A stretch of DNA of 64,000 bases, from positions 352,001 to 416,000 of the forward strand of contig CAXXFV010000008.1 of the NCBI GenBank assembly GCA_963674595.2, read 5' to 3'. The stretch is from a bacterium. Its GTDB lineage: Bacteria; Zhuqueibacterota; Zhuqueibacteria; Residuimicrobiales; Krinioviventaceae. The notes under the pieces are model-generated. The model did no database searches. It was not told the DNA's origin and was given only the letters and a program-made list of their open reading frames with translations. A program made the translations under genes and the position numbers. Shown piece after piece: positions 19,704 to 29,712 of the stretch; positions within the stretch are counted from its first letter, which is position 1, and the number at the start of each line of letters is the position of its first letter.

Positions 19704-22307
19704 ATGGCAGCTTCACTAGTCATTGTCGAATCACCGGCAAAAGCAAAAACAATCAACAAGTATCTTGGTAGTAAATTTATTGTTCGTTCCAGTATGGGGC
19801 ATATTCGGGATTTGCCGGTAAGCGCTTCTTCAGACGGCAAGAAAAAAGCTGAACCGATTTCAAAAGATTTGTCTCCGCAGGAAAAAGAAAAAGAAAAAGA
19901 ACGACGCGCTTATAATGCCCTGGTGCGAAATATGGCGATTGATCCAGATGACGGTTGGAAAGCCCGGTATGAAATTTTACCGGGAAAACACAAAGTACTG
20001 TCTGAGTTGAAAAAATATGCCAAGCAGGCAGATACCATCTATCTCGCCACGGACCTTGACCGTGAAGGCGAGGCGATTGCCTGGCATTTGCAGGAAGCCA
20101 TTGGTGGTGACCGGTCACGGTACAAACGGGTTACGTTTAGCGAAATTACCAAATCCGCTATTCAAAAGGCATTTGAGAACCCCGGTGAGCTGAACATGCA
20201 GCGTGTTAATGCCCAGCAAACACGACGGTTTTTAGACCGTGTTGTCGGGTTTATGCTTTCTCCTCTTTTATGGAAAAAAGTAGCCAGAGGACTTTCTGCC
20301 GGACGTGTGCAGTCTGTGGCTGTGAAATTAATTGTAGAACGTGAGCGCGAAATTCGTGCTTTTGTACCTGAAGAGTATTGGGAGATTTTTGCCGATCTGC
20401 TGCATAAAAAACATCCCTTTCAGGCCAAAGTTGTTAAATATTTGAACAAACCGTTTCGACCGGTTAATAAAGAACAAGCGGATAAAGCTGTCGATACGTT
20501 GTCAAATTCTGCTTATACAGTCCTCGACAGTAAACTCAAGCCGACCAAACAAAGACCGCCTGCACCTTTTATTACAACCACCTTGACCCAGGCCGCCAGT
20601 ACGCGCCTTGGCTTTAGTATAAAAAAGACCATGCTGCTTGCCCAGCGGTTGTATGAAGCGGGGCACATTACCTATATGCGAACGGATTCCCGGCAATTGA
20701 GTCCGGTTGCTGTTAATGCCTGTCGTGATTTTATTAATGATGCTTTTGGGCCGAAATACGTACCGGGCAAACCGCAATTTTATGCCAGCGGCAAAGGCGC
20801 TCAGGAAGCGCATGAAGCCATTCGGCCGACTCAGGTAAACCTTGTGCCCGGCTCTATTGATAATATAGAGGCAGACCAGCAGCGGTTATATGATTTAATT
20901 TGGCGCCAATTTGTGGCCTGCCAGATGACGGCTGCTGAATTTGACAGTTCAACTATTATTATTAAAGCCGATGACTATGAACTGCGTGCAAACGGCCGGG
21001 TGATGCGGTTTGACGGCTGGATGCGGGTATTGCCGCCGGCAAAACAAAACGAAGATGAACGGGAACTCCCTGTCGTTAAAACCGGTGATCCTCTGGACCT
21101 GGAAAAACTGCATCCCAGTCAGCATTTTACAAAACCGCCGGCCCGATATACGGAAGCGAGTCTGGTAAAAGAACTTGAGAGGCTTGGTATTGGCCGTCCG
21201 TCAACCTATGCACCGATTATCTCCACGATTCAGGACAGAGGTTACGTGCAGCTCATCAAGCGGCGGTTTTATGCACAAAAAATCGGGGATATTGTTACAG
21301 AACGTTTGGATGAAAACTTTGACGATCTTATGGACTATGGTTTTACCGCATCTGTTGAAGAAAAACTGGATCTGATTTCAGTCGGCGAGCAGGATTGGCG
21401 TAAAACTCTGGATATGTTTTATCAGCATTTTTGTGAACAGCTAAAAGAGGCTGATTCCGTTATGCGTTTAAATGAACCCGTACCTGTCGACTATAAATGT
21501 TCCGAATGCGGAAGACAGATGGTGGTGCGGACTGCCAAAACCGGTGTTTTTCTTAGTTGTACCGGTTATGAATTACCGCCCAAAGAAAGATGCAAAGCAA
21601 CGGTTAATTTGGTCCCCGGAGATGAAAGTGAAGCCGTGAATGCGGATGACGGAGAAACAGAAACCGCAGAATTAATGGCAAAAAAACGATGCCCAAAATG
21701 CGGTACGGCAATGGATAGCTGGCTTGTTGATGACCAGCACCGGCTGCACATTTGCGGCAACAGTCCCGATTGTGATGGTACGGTCATTGAAAAAGGTGAG
21801 TACAAGATCAAAGGGTATGAGGGCCCTGTTATCGAGTGTGAAAAATGTGGTGGGGAAATGCAGCTTCGTACCGGGCGATTTGGAAAGTTTTTTGCCTGTA
21901 TACGTTATCCCGAATGTAAGAACACACGCAAACTGATGCGTAACGGCCAGCCTGCCCCGCCTATGATGGACCCTGTCCCTATGCCGGAACTGAAATGTGA
22001 AAAATCTGACGCCTATTTTTTATTACGTGACAGTTTGGCCGGAATGTTTTTGGCGGCCCATACTTTTCCCAAATCACGGGAAACCCGCAGTCCATTGGTA
22101 GAAGAGGTGGCCAAACATCGACAAGAACTGCCGGAAAAACATCATTACCTGGCTGATGCACCCCAGGAAGATCCGGACGGAAATAAAGCCGTGATTAAAT
22201 GGAAACGAAAAGAAAAGATACAATATCTCGGATCTGTTAAAGACGGCAAACCAACAAAATGGGCAGCCTTTTATCAGAATAATAACTGGAAGTGGGAGAA
22301 AAAATAA
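19704..22307 (+). CDS. topA: DNA topoisomerase I
   Basis: [47 protein letters not shown] and C-terminal zinc ribbons. Confidence 0.97.
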   Translation: MAASLVIVESPAKAKTINKYLGSKFIVRSSMGHIRDLPVSASSDGKKKAEPISKDLSPQEKEKEKERRAYNALVRNMAIDPDDGWKARYEILPGKHKVLSELKKYAKQADTIYLATDLDREGEAIAWHLQEAIGGDRSRYKRVTFSEITKSAIQKAFENPGELNMQRVNAQQTRRFLDRVVGFMLSPLLWKKVARGLSAGRVQSVAVKLIVEREREIRAFVPEEYWEIFADLLHKKHPFQAKVVKYLNKPFRPVNKEQADKAVDTLSNSAYTVLDSKLKPTKQRPPAPFITTTLTQAASTRLGFSIKKTMLLAQRLYEAGHITYMRTDSRQLSPVAVNACRDFINDAFGPKYVPGKPQFYASGKGAQEAHEAIRPTQVNLVPGSIDNIEADQQRLYDLIWRQFVACQMTAAEFDSSTIIIKADDYELRANGRVMRFDGWMRVLPPAKQNEDERELPVVKTGDPLDLEKLHPSQHFTKPPARYTEASLVKELERLGIGRPSTYAPIISTIQDRGYVQLIKRRFYAQKIGDIVTERLDENFDDLMDYGFTASVEEKLDLISVGEQDWRKTLDMFYQHFCEQLKEADSVMRLNEPVPVDYKCSECGRQMVVRTAKTGVFLSCTGYELPPKERCKATVNLVPGDESEAVNADDGETETAELMAKKRCPKCGTAMDSWLVDDQHRLHICGNSPDCDGTVIEKGEYKIKGYEGPVIECEKCGGEMQLRTGRFGKFFACIRYPECKNTRKLMRNGQPAPPMMDPVPMPELKCEKSDAYFLLRDSLAGMFLAAHTFPKSRETRSPLVEEVAKHRQELPEKHHYLADAPQEDPDGNKAVIKWKRKEKIQYLGSVKDGKPTKWAAFYQNNNWKWEKK

Positions 22308-22442
22308 TATTAATTTTATTAAGTTTGGTTTGACCAATTTACTTGATAAAATGTACTGAAAATAATATATTACTCCACTTAAATATTTACGAATTTTCTT
22401 CGTATCCCCTGCCTGAAATCCCTGATTTGTAAGGAGTTTAAT

Positions 22443-23519
22443 GTGAAAAAAAAACTGTCTTCCAAAGAAAGAGTGTTGACCACTTTCCATTTACAGGAAC
22501 CGGACCGGGTGCCTGTTGATTATTTATATAACGCTGCTATTGATCGGCGTCTTAAAGAATATTACAAACTATCACAGAATGACAATGAAGGATTACGCCA
22601 AATTCTGGGTGTTGATTTCAGGACGATTGAAGCCCCTTACGTGGGGCCAAAATTGTATAAAGATGAAAAAGATATACAAATTGATAACTGGGGGAGAAGA
22701 CGCCGCTGGGTTGAGCATGAGTGGGGTGGTTATTGGGATTGGTGTAACTGGCCTTTAACCAATGCCACAGAACAGGAAATTGACGCGTGGCTCATGCCGT
22801 CGCCGGATGATTTTGATTATACGATTATAGAAAGTTTATGTGAACATTATAAAGATTATTGTGTTGTTATCGGGCATCCGGGTGTGGCGGATATTATCAA
22901 TACAGCCGGTATGCTGAGAACAATGGAACAGGTTTTGGTTGACCTAATTACAGATGACCCGGCCGGGTTAAAATTGATTGATAAAAATGACAATGTTTGG
23001 CTTGAAATTATAGCCCGCACTTTGGAAGCCGGTAAGGGCAAGATCGATATGCTTTGGCTTGGCGAAGATTTGGGGACGCAGCGCGGTCCGACGATCAGTC
23101 TTGATCTTTACCGTAAACATATAAGGCCACGGCATCAAAAATTTGTTGATTTAGCCAAAACATTTAATATTCCCGTCATGATTCATTCCTGTGGGTCCAG
23201 CAGTTGGGCATTTGACGATTTTATAGAAATGGGAATTCAGGTCGTGGATACGTTGCAGCCTGAAGCCAAGGATATGGAACCGGCAGATTTAAAAAACCGT
23301 TATGGAAATAAATTAGCGTTTCATGGTATGATCTCTACGGCCGGACCGCTTGCTTATGGCACCCGGAAAGACGTTGAAAAAAATGTTCAGGAAATATTGG
23401 AAATAATGAAGCCGGGTGGTGGTTTTGCCCTGGCACCGACGCATGAAATTCAGGACAATTCGCCTACTGAAAATGTGGTTGCCATGTATGAAACGGCTAA
23501 AAAATATGGTACATACTAA
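22443..23519 (+). CDS. Uroporphyrinogen decarboxylase/cobalamin-methyltransferase (URO-D) family protein
   Basis: EPDRVP, GEDLGTQRG, IHSCG and GGGFALAPTHEIQ..SP.ENV.AM motifs. Confidence 0.85.
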   Translation: MKKKLSSKERVLTTFHLQEPDRVPVDYLYNAAIDRRLKEYYKLSQNDNEGLRQILGVDFRTIEAPYVGPKLYKDEKDIQIDNWGRRRRWVEHEWGGYWDWCNWPLTNATEQEIDAWLMPSPDDFDYTIIESLCEHYKDYCVVIGHPGVADIINTAGMLRTMEQVLVDLITDDPAGLKLIDKNDNVWLEIIARTLEAGKGKIDMLWLGEDLGTQRGPTISLDLYRKHIRPRHQKFVDLAKTFNIPVMIHSCGSSSWAFDDFIEMGIQVVDTLQPEAKDMEPADLKNRYGNKLAFHGMISTAGPLAYGTRKDVEKNVQEILEIMKPGGGFALAPTHEIQDNSPTENVVAMYETAKKYGTY

Positions 23520-23601
23520 TTTTTTTCGGGGCGTATGATCAGTAAAATTATTTTAAGTAGTTACGACATATATTTACATCCATCTGGTGAGGAGAACGTT
23601 T

Positions 23602-25392
23602 ATGCTGGAGTTTATTGATTGGTTGATAATTGCCGTATTTTTTGTGATTGTTTTGTCGATTGGATTGATAGCGTCAAAACGGGCCGGTAAAAATACATCA
23701 GAATTTTTTCTGTCGGGCCGAAATATGCCCTGGTGGTTACTCGGCGTTTCCATGGTCGCCTGTACCTTTTCCGCCGACACGCCGAATCTTGTAACGGACA
23801 TTGTCCGAAACAGCGGTGTTGCCGGAAACTGGGCCTGGTGGGCGTTTTTATTAACCGGTATGTTGACAGTTTTTGTTTATGCAAAATTATGGCGTCGCTC
23901 CGGTGTAATGACTGATCTGGAAATTTATGAAATACGCTACAGCGGCAAAGTTGCCTCTTTTTTACGCGGCTTTCGTGCCATCTATTTAGGACTGTTTTTT
24001 AATGTTATGATCATGGGTACGGTTTCCCTGGCTGCCATTAAAATTGGGGCTGTTATGTTTGGTCTGGACAAGTATACGACCATCATACTTGCGTCCTTTG
24101 CCGTTGTTATCTATGCCACCCTGGGCGGGTTACGCGGTGTTATCTGGGCTGATTTTTTTCAGTTTGGTATTGCTATGTTGGGGTCCATTGCTGCTGCTGT
24201 CGTTGCTTTAAAACAGCCGCAAATTGGCGGATTAAGCGGTTTGTTTACGAATGAAGCTTTGGCTGGTAAGCTCAATTTGCTGCCGGATTTTACAGATACG
24301 AAAGTACTGTTACCTCTTTTTGTTATTCCCATAGCTGTTCAGTGGTGGAATGTATGGTACCCGGGCGCTGAACCCGGTGGCGGTGGCTATATTGCCCAGC
24401 GAATGCTGTCGGCAAAAAATGAAAAGAATGCCATCGGTGCGACTCTTTTGTTCAATATTGCGCATTATGCCTTTCGTCCCTGGCCGTGGATTATAGTTGC
24501 ACTGTCATCAATAATTTTGTTTCCTCAACTTTCTGATATACACGCACAATTCCCCAATATTCCGGCACAATATCTAAAACATGATATTGCCTATCCGGTT
24601 ATGATGACCATTTTACCCAAAGGTCTGTTCGGACTTGTTGTTGCTTCATTAATCGCTGCATACATGTCAACAATCGGAACCCATCTGAACTGGGGTTCGT
24701 CCTATGTTGTTAACGATTTTTATAAAAGATTTATAAAGCCGGATGCAACAGAGAAAGAACTTGTTGGTGTGGGTCGAATTTGTACGATTTTGCTTATGAT
24801 TTTGGCGGCCATCGTTGCATTATGGCTGCAAAACGCCAAGCAGGCTTTTGATATTTTACTTCAAATAGGCGCCGGTACCGGTCTGATATTTATCCTGCGC
24901 TGGTTCTGGTGGCGAATTAATGGTTTTACGGAAATTTCAGCCATGATTGTTTCTTTTGTCATAGCATGTGTTTTTCAGTTTGCTGTTCCCGGTGTTAAGG
25001 AAGGGGCTGAACCGTTGTGGTGGCAGCAGTCTTATTGGCAGTTGTGTATAGGCATCGCCGGAACAACTTTGACCTGGCTGATATTTACCTTTTTAACACG
25101 CCCGACAGATGAAAAGACACTGATCAAGTTTTTCAAGTTAACACGACCAGGCGGTCCGGGATGGAAAAAAATTAATGAAAAAATTGTAGAACAGGGAGAA
25201 CAGTCTGTTTCGCATCAATTACCGCTGGAAATTTTATGTATGGTCATTGGATGTTTTACTGTTTATGGAGCCCTGTTTGCCACCGGATTCTGGATTTATG
25301 CCAATTATCCGAGTGCCATCGTAGCATCGGTTATCGCTGCTTTGGGTGCTTTGTTCCTGTTTAAAGCGTGGGGTCATTTAAAGACCCAGTAA
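23602..25392 (+). CDS. Sodium:solute symporter (SSS) family
   Basis: EFFLSGRNMPWW..G.SMVA.TFS.DTP, GGGGYIAQRM and AAYMST; start follows GGAG. Confidence 0.92.
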   Translation: MLEFIDWLIIAVFFVIVLSIGLIASKRAGKNTSEFFLSGRNMPWWLLGVSMVACTFSADTPNLVTDIVRNSGVAGNWAWWAFLLTGMLTVFVYAKLWRRSGVMTDLEIYEIRYSGKVASFLRGFRAIYLGLFFNVMIMGTVSLAAIKIGAVMFGLDKYTTIILASFAVVIYATLGGLRGVIWADFFQFGIAMLGSIAAAVVALKQPQIGGLSGLFTNEALAGKLNLLPDFTDTKVLLPLFVIPIAVQWWNVWYPGAEPGGGGYIAQRMLSAKNEKNAIGATLLFNIAHYAFRPWPWIIVALSSIILFPQLSDIHAQFPNIPAQYLKHDIAYPVMMTILPKGLFGLVVASLIAAYMSTIGTHLNWGSSYVVNDFYKRFIKPDATEKELVGVGRICTILLMILAAIVALWLQNAKQAFDILLQIGAGTGLIFILRWFWWRINGFTEISAMIVSFVIACVFQFAVPGVKEGAEPLWWQQSYWQLCIGIAGTTLTWLIFTFLTRPTDEKTLIKFFKLTRPGGPGWKKINEKIVEQGEQSVSHQLPLEILCMVIGCFTVYGALFATGFWIYANYPSAIVASVIAALGALFLFKAWGHLKTQ

Positions 25393-25445
25393 ATATTGTT
25401 TTTAATTTATATTATATGTAAATTAAATTAGAGTTGTTTACAGTT

Positions 25446-25499
25446 TTCTCATGAATTGAATCCGTTCCTTATAAAGAGATAGGATTCAATTCATGAGAA
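25446..25499. repeat. Perfect 18-bp inverted repeat inside the IS left end
   Basis: TTCTCATGAATTGAATCC (25446-25463) and GGATTCAATTCATGAGAA (25482-25499). Confidence 0.9.
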
Positions 25500-25525
25500 G
25501 CAAATTTAATGTTGTTTGCAATTTC

Positions 25526-25558
25526 GGGATTTCCTAATTTTTAATAAAAGGAGATCCT
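25526..25558 (+). promoter_or_regulatory. Hairpin sequestering the transposase Shine-Dalgarno sequence
   Basis: GGGATTTCCT (25526-25535) pairs with AGGAGATCCT (25549-25558), with two G-U pairs; ATG at 25559. Confidence 0.6.
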
Positions 25559-26367
25559 ATGGTAATTCATAAAAAGACCAGATTAACGCCGATTCAACGG
25601 GAAAAAGTTTGCACATTATATTTTTCCGAAAAAAGACGTGTTTGTGATTTAGCACGAGAGTTTCATGTCAGTCGACCTACAATTTATAAAATAATCCATA
25701 ATGGCCGACAAAAAGATTATTCAATTCACAAGAGTGTAAACAAGCGTTTTCGCTGTTTAAAATACGGCATTAAACGTTTGGCTAAAATCGAAAAAAAACT
25801 TGAGGACAAGCTAAAACGTCAGGCCAAACGATATAATAAAGACTATCCAGGACAAATGATACATGGTGACACTAAAAAACTTCCCTTAATTAAGGGGGGG
25901 AATCTCCTTTTGAACGAACGGAATACCTGTTTGTGGCCATTGATGACTTTTCCAGAGAACTGTATGCTGCTATTTTACCTGATAAAACCCAATATTCAGC
26001 TAAAAAGTTTTTGGAGCAAGTCGTGGATGAATGTCCATATACAATAGAACAATTTTATACTGATAATGGCCGAGAGTACCGAGGTGATCCGAATAATCAT
26101 AAGTTTATGAAGTTGTGCAAAGAACATGGTATTGAACAAAAATTTACCAAAGTTAAAAGGCCACAAACAAATGGCAAAGCTGAAAGAGTTATACGAACTC
26201 TTGTCGAGCTTTGGCATAATAAAACTGTTTTTAAATCATCAGCCCATCGTAAAAATGAGCTAAAAAGATTTGTCAATTATTACAACGGAGTAAGACCTCA
26301 TAAAGGCATTGATGGACTAACTCCTGAAGAAAAACTAATTCAATATTTTTATCCCGATATTTTGTAA
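25559..26367 (+). CDS. IS481-family DDE transposase, frameshifted at a G7 run (25894-25900)
   Basis: HTH (LAREFHVSRPTIYK) and PGQMIHGDTK, then in another frame FVAIDDFSR, TDNGREY, PQTNGKAER and YNGVRPH. Confidence 0.9.
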
Positions 26368-26480
26368 ACAACGCTTGCTTTTCTTACATATTATACAATA
26401 AAAATCCTGTAATTTCGTTTTATTTAATAGAGAGGAATTAAATCAATGAAATAAATCTGACCAATTTTAGGAATGAAAAA

Positions 26481-27116
26481 ATGCCAAAAAGAATACCCCA
26501 TAGTGATAATAAAGTAATATCCGGTGAAAAAACAACCCGGAATTACCTGGAAATGCAGAAAAAATTCGGCAAGTTTTATTTTAAGGATTTTTTGGCAAAA
26601 TTTGATAAACTTTCTAAAGGCGGCAGATTTTTAGAGATTGGACCCGGTCCCGGGTATCAAACTGCTGTGATAGCAGAAAGATACAAACCTGATGAAATTA
26701 CAGGATTGGAATATTCAACGGACATGATAAATGTTGCAGAAGAGTATATCCTTAAAAAAGGAATGTATAATAAAGTTAAATTTATAAACGGAGCGGTTGA
26801 AAACACCCAACTTATAAAAAGACTCGGTAAATTTGATGTTGTATATTCAACATTTTCATTACATCATTGGACTGATCCTTTATTAGGCATTCAAAATCTT
26901 TTCAATTGTTTGAATGAAAAAGGTGTGTTATACCTTTATGATTTTCACAGAGGTGGAATTTTTTATTATTTAAAGATCAAACGGGGTGTTTGGGAGTCGA
27001 TAAGAGCATCATATACAATTGAAGAAATTGAAAATATATTAAAAAAATTGAATATTCAGTCTTATGAATTGGAAAGAAAAGGTTTGTATAAAAGTTGTAT
27101 CGTAAAAAGATCATGA
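26481..27116 (+). CDS. Class I SAM-dependent methyltransferase
   Basis: FLEIGPGPG and FDVVYSTFSLHHW motifs. Confidence 0.88.
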   Translation: MPKRIPHSDNKVISGEKTTRNYLEMQKKFGKFYFKDFLAKFDKLSKGGRFLEIGPGPGYQTAVIAERYKPDEITGLEYSTDMINVAEEYILKKGMYNKVKFINGAVENTQLIKRLGKFDVVYSTFSLHHWTDPLLGIQNLFNCLNEKGVLYLYDFHRGGIFYYLKIKRGVWESIRASYTIEEIENILKKLNIQSYELERKGLYKSCIVKRS

Positions 27117-27273
27117 TTTAGGCTTACAGATATTAAAGCCGGACTTTTTCATTTCACTCATTATATAAAAATTAAAAGCGACGGGTATTGGTTTAAGAAA
27201 AGTTGTTGATATAAATTTGAATTATAATAATCCGATTTTTTTGAACCGGTTTAATTATTGTTAGGAGTTTATT

Positions 27274-29317
27274 ATGCGAAAATATCTTTTATTGATAATG
27301 TTTCTATTCTCTTCGGGTGTATTTGCCGAATCATTTGTAGAATATGTTGATCCGTTTATTGCAACGGCCGGTGATCATGGTCAATTGGACCCCTCGGCAA
27401 ATGTGCCTTTTGGTTATGTCAAACTCGGACCGGATACGGACCCGATAAACCATAGCGGCTATGATTATAATGCGAAAAAGATATGGGGTTTTTCCATTAA
27501 CAGAACAATAGGGACCGGTTGTGCAGGTGCCGGCGGTAACATACGCTTAAAACCATTTGTCGGTTCACCGTCTATAAAAAGTGAAGGATTTATAAAGAAC
27601 AGTGAAAAGGCCGCACCGGGGTATTATCGTGTGACCATGGATTCTCAAATTGATGTGGAATTAACAACAACAAACCAGGTCGGATGGCATCGCTATACCT
27701 ATCCGGTAAAGACGGATGCCGGGGTGTTGATCGATCTGACCGCCTCATTTGAGGAATTGCTTTCCTATGAATATCATATTGTAAACGCAAACGAAATTAA
27801 CGGTAAAATTCAGGCTGAAAACGTTTGCAGTAAAGGAATTTATACGATTTATTTTAATATTTATTGCGACCATGAGTTTAATAATTTAAAAAATAAAGAC
27901 GGCAAACTGATTTCATTCTTTCAAATGGATGATAATCCGGTAGTCAACATTCAGGTAACAGTCTCTTCAATTAGTCCGGAACAGGCAGCAAAGGACCGGA
28001 ATAGGGAAATTGCTGCAAAAACCTTTAAGCAGGTAAAAACGGATGCTGAAAAAGCCTGGGATAAAATACTGGGCCGGGTTAAGGTTTTTGGTAATAAAGA
28101 GTATAAAAAACTATTTTATACTTGTTTGTTTCGCATTTATCAAACACCGGTTAACACAACAAGTCCTTTCGGAAAATACCGTGGAACAGACGGAGAAATA
28201 TACGATGCAGAGGGCTATGTCCATTATGACTCCTGGTCAATTTGGGATACTTTTCGTACGAAATTTCCGCTTATTTCATTGCTGGAACCGGAGTACATGA
28301 GGGATTTTTTGTTTATCTCTGCTGGATTTGTATCGTACCGGTAAATATGCCTGGGCCGGGCCCTTTGAAACGGCTCCTACCGTCAGGACCGAGCATGCTG
28401 AAATAGTTCTGCTGGATGCTTATCAAAAAGGCATACCGTTTGATCTTGATAAGGTTTATGACTATGCTGTTCTGGAATCCGACAATCTGCCCTGGGTATC
28501 ACCGGATAACAAGCTGGAAAGCGCCTATGATTACTGGGCCTTATCGCAAATGGCTGAAATTTTGGGCAGAAAGGATGATGCTGATTATTATACCAGTCGT
28601 GCTCAGGAATATCGAAAAATATGGAATGAAAAATTTAAAACAATGGGCGAAAAATCCGATATTATGCATGGTGACGGATTGTATGAAGGGACCCTGTGGC
28701 AATACCGGTGGTTTGTTCCCTATGACGTTCCCGGCATCATCTCTCTGGTTGGGGGAAAACAACAATTTTTAACAGAGCTGGAATATTTTTTTGATAACCA
28801 TTTATATAATCACGGCAATCAACCTGATATTCAGGCGCCATACATGTTTAATGCCGCCGGTGCACCCTGGTTGACACAAAAATGGGTAAATGCTATTTTA
28901 ACAAAAGAGATGCCCAATTATTATGGTACCCATGAAAAATGGGAAAAGCCCTATGTAAACCGCATTTATAAAGCCGAACCTGCCGGTTTTATACCGGAAA
29001 TGGATGATGATGATGGCACCATGTCCGCCTGGTATGTTTGCAGCGCCATGGGTTTGTACCCATTATGTGTGGGAAAACCTGAATATCAAATATCAACACC
29101 GATTTTTGAAAAAATAGAGATCAATTTAGCGAATGGTAACACTTTTGTGATTGAGAGCAAGAACTTTTCAGATAAAAATATTTATATTCAAAAAGCTTTA
29201 TTAAATGATAAAGAATATAATAACTCTGCTCTTTTACATAAAGATATTTTAAAAGGTGGTAAGTTATTGCTTGAATGTAGTGAAACGCCAAACAAAGCAT
29301 GGGGAACCGGCAAGTAA
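27274..29317 (+). CDS. GH92 alpha-1,2-mannosidase family, one frameshift at T6 (28305-28310)
   Basis: YVDPFIAT, PFGYVKLGPDT, WSIWDTFRT, EGTLWQYRWFVPYD, GNQP and DDDDGTMSAWYV motifs. Confidence 0.88.
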
Positions 29318-29340
29318 TACTTTCCATTAAATGAATTTTA

Positions 29341-29370
29341 TAGTGCCTGGTTTTAGAACATTAGGCACTA
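29341..29370. terminator. Hairpin downstream of GH92
   Basis: TAGTGCCT...AGGCACTA stem in an AT-rich context. Confidence 0.55.
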
Positions 29371-29712
29371 TTAAATTTGTTCTTTATATATAATTCATTT
29401 GCATTTTTTAGAATTATTTTCTATTATTCTATGTTAATGCAATGTAATAATAGCATAACGACTTGGGATAAGCCTGTTAATTGGGCGTTCAAGCCGTGTG
29501 GATGTGGTAGTGGAGTTGACGTGGCCCGGCAGTGATTATAGCATTTGATTTTTGCAGCAGTCTGGGGATGATGACTAGAATCTTCTAAAGGAAATAACAA
29601 AGGTATTGATTATGTTTATGTCATCAGTAGAAGGAGGTGCTTGGAATCCAATTTATAAAATGACTATAGTCTTAATTTTAAAAACATTTTATTACCAAAG
29701 ACGGGAGCAAGT

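Larger units (their letters stand above)
25417..26388 (+). mobile_element. Complete IS481-family insertion sequence, 972 bp
   Basis: TGT...ACA ends. 26-bp imperfect inverted repeats (25417-25442 and 26363-26388, 19/26 match). 7-bp direct repeat TATTATA at 25410-25416 and 26389-26395. Confidence 0.9.
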
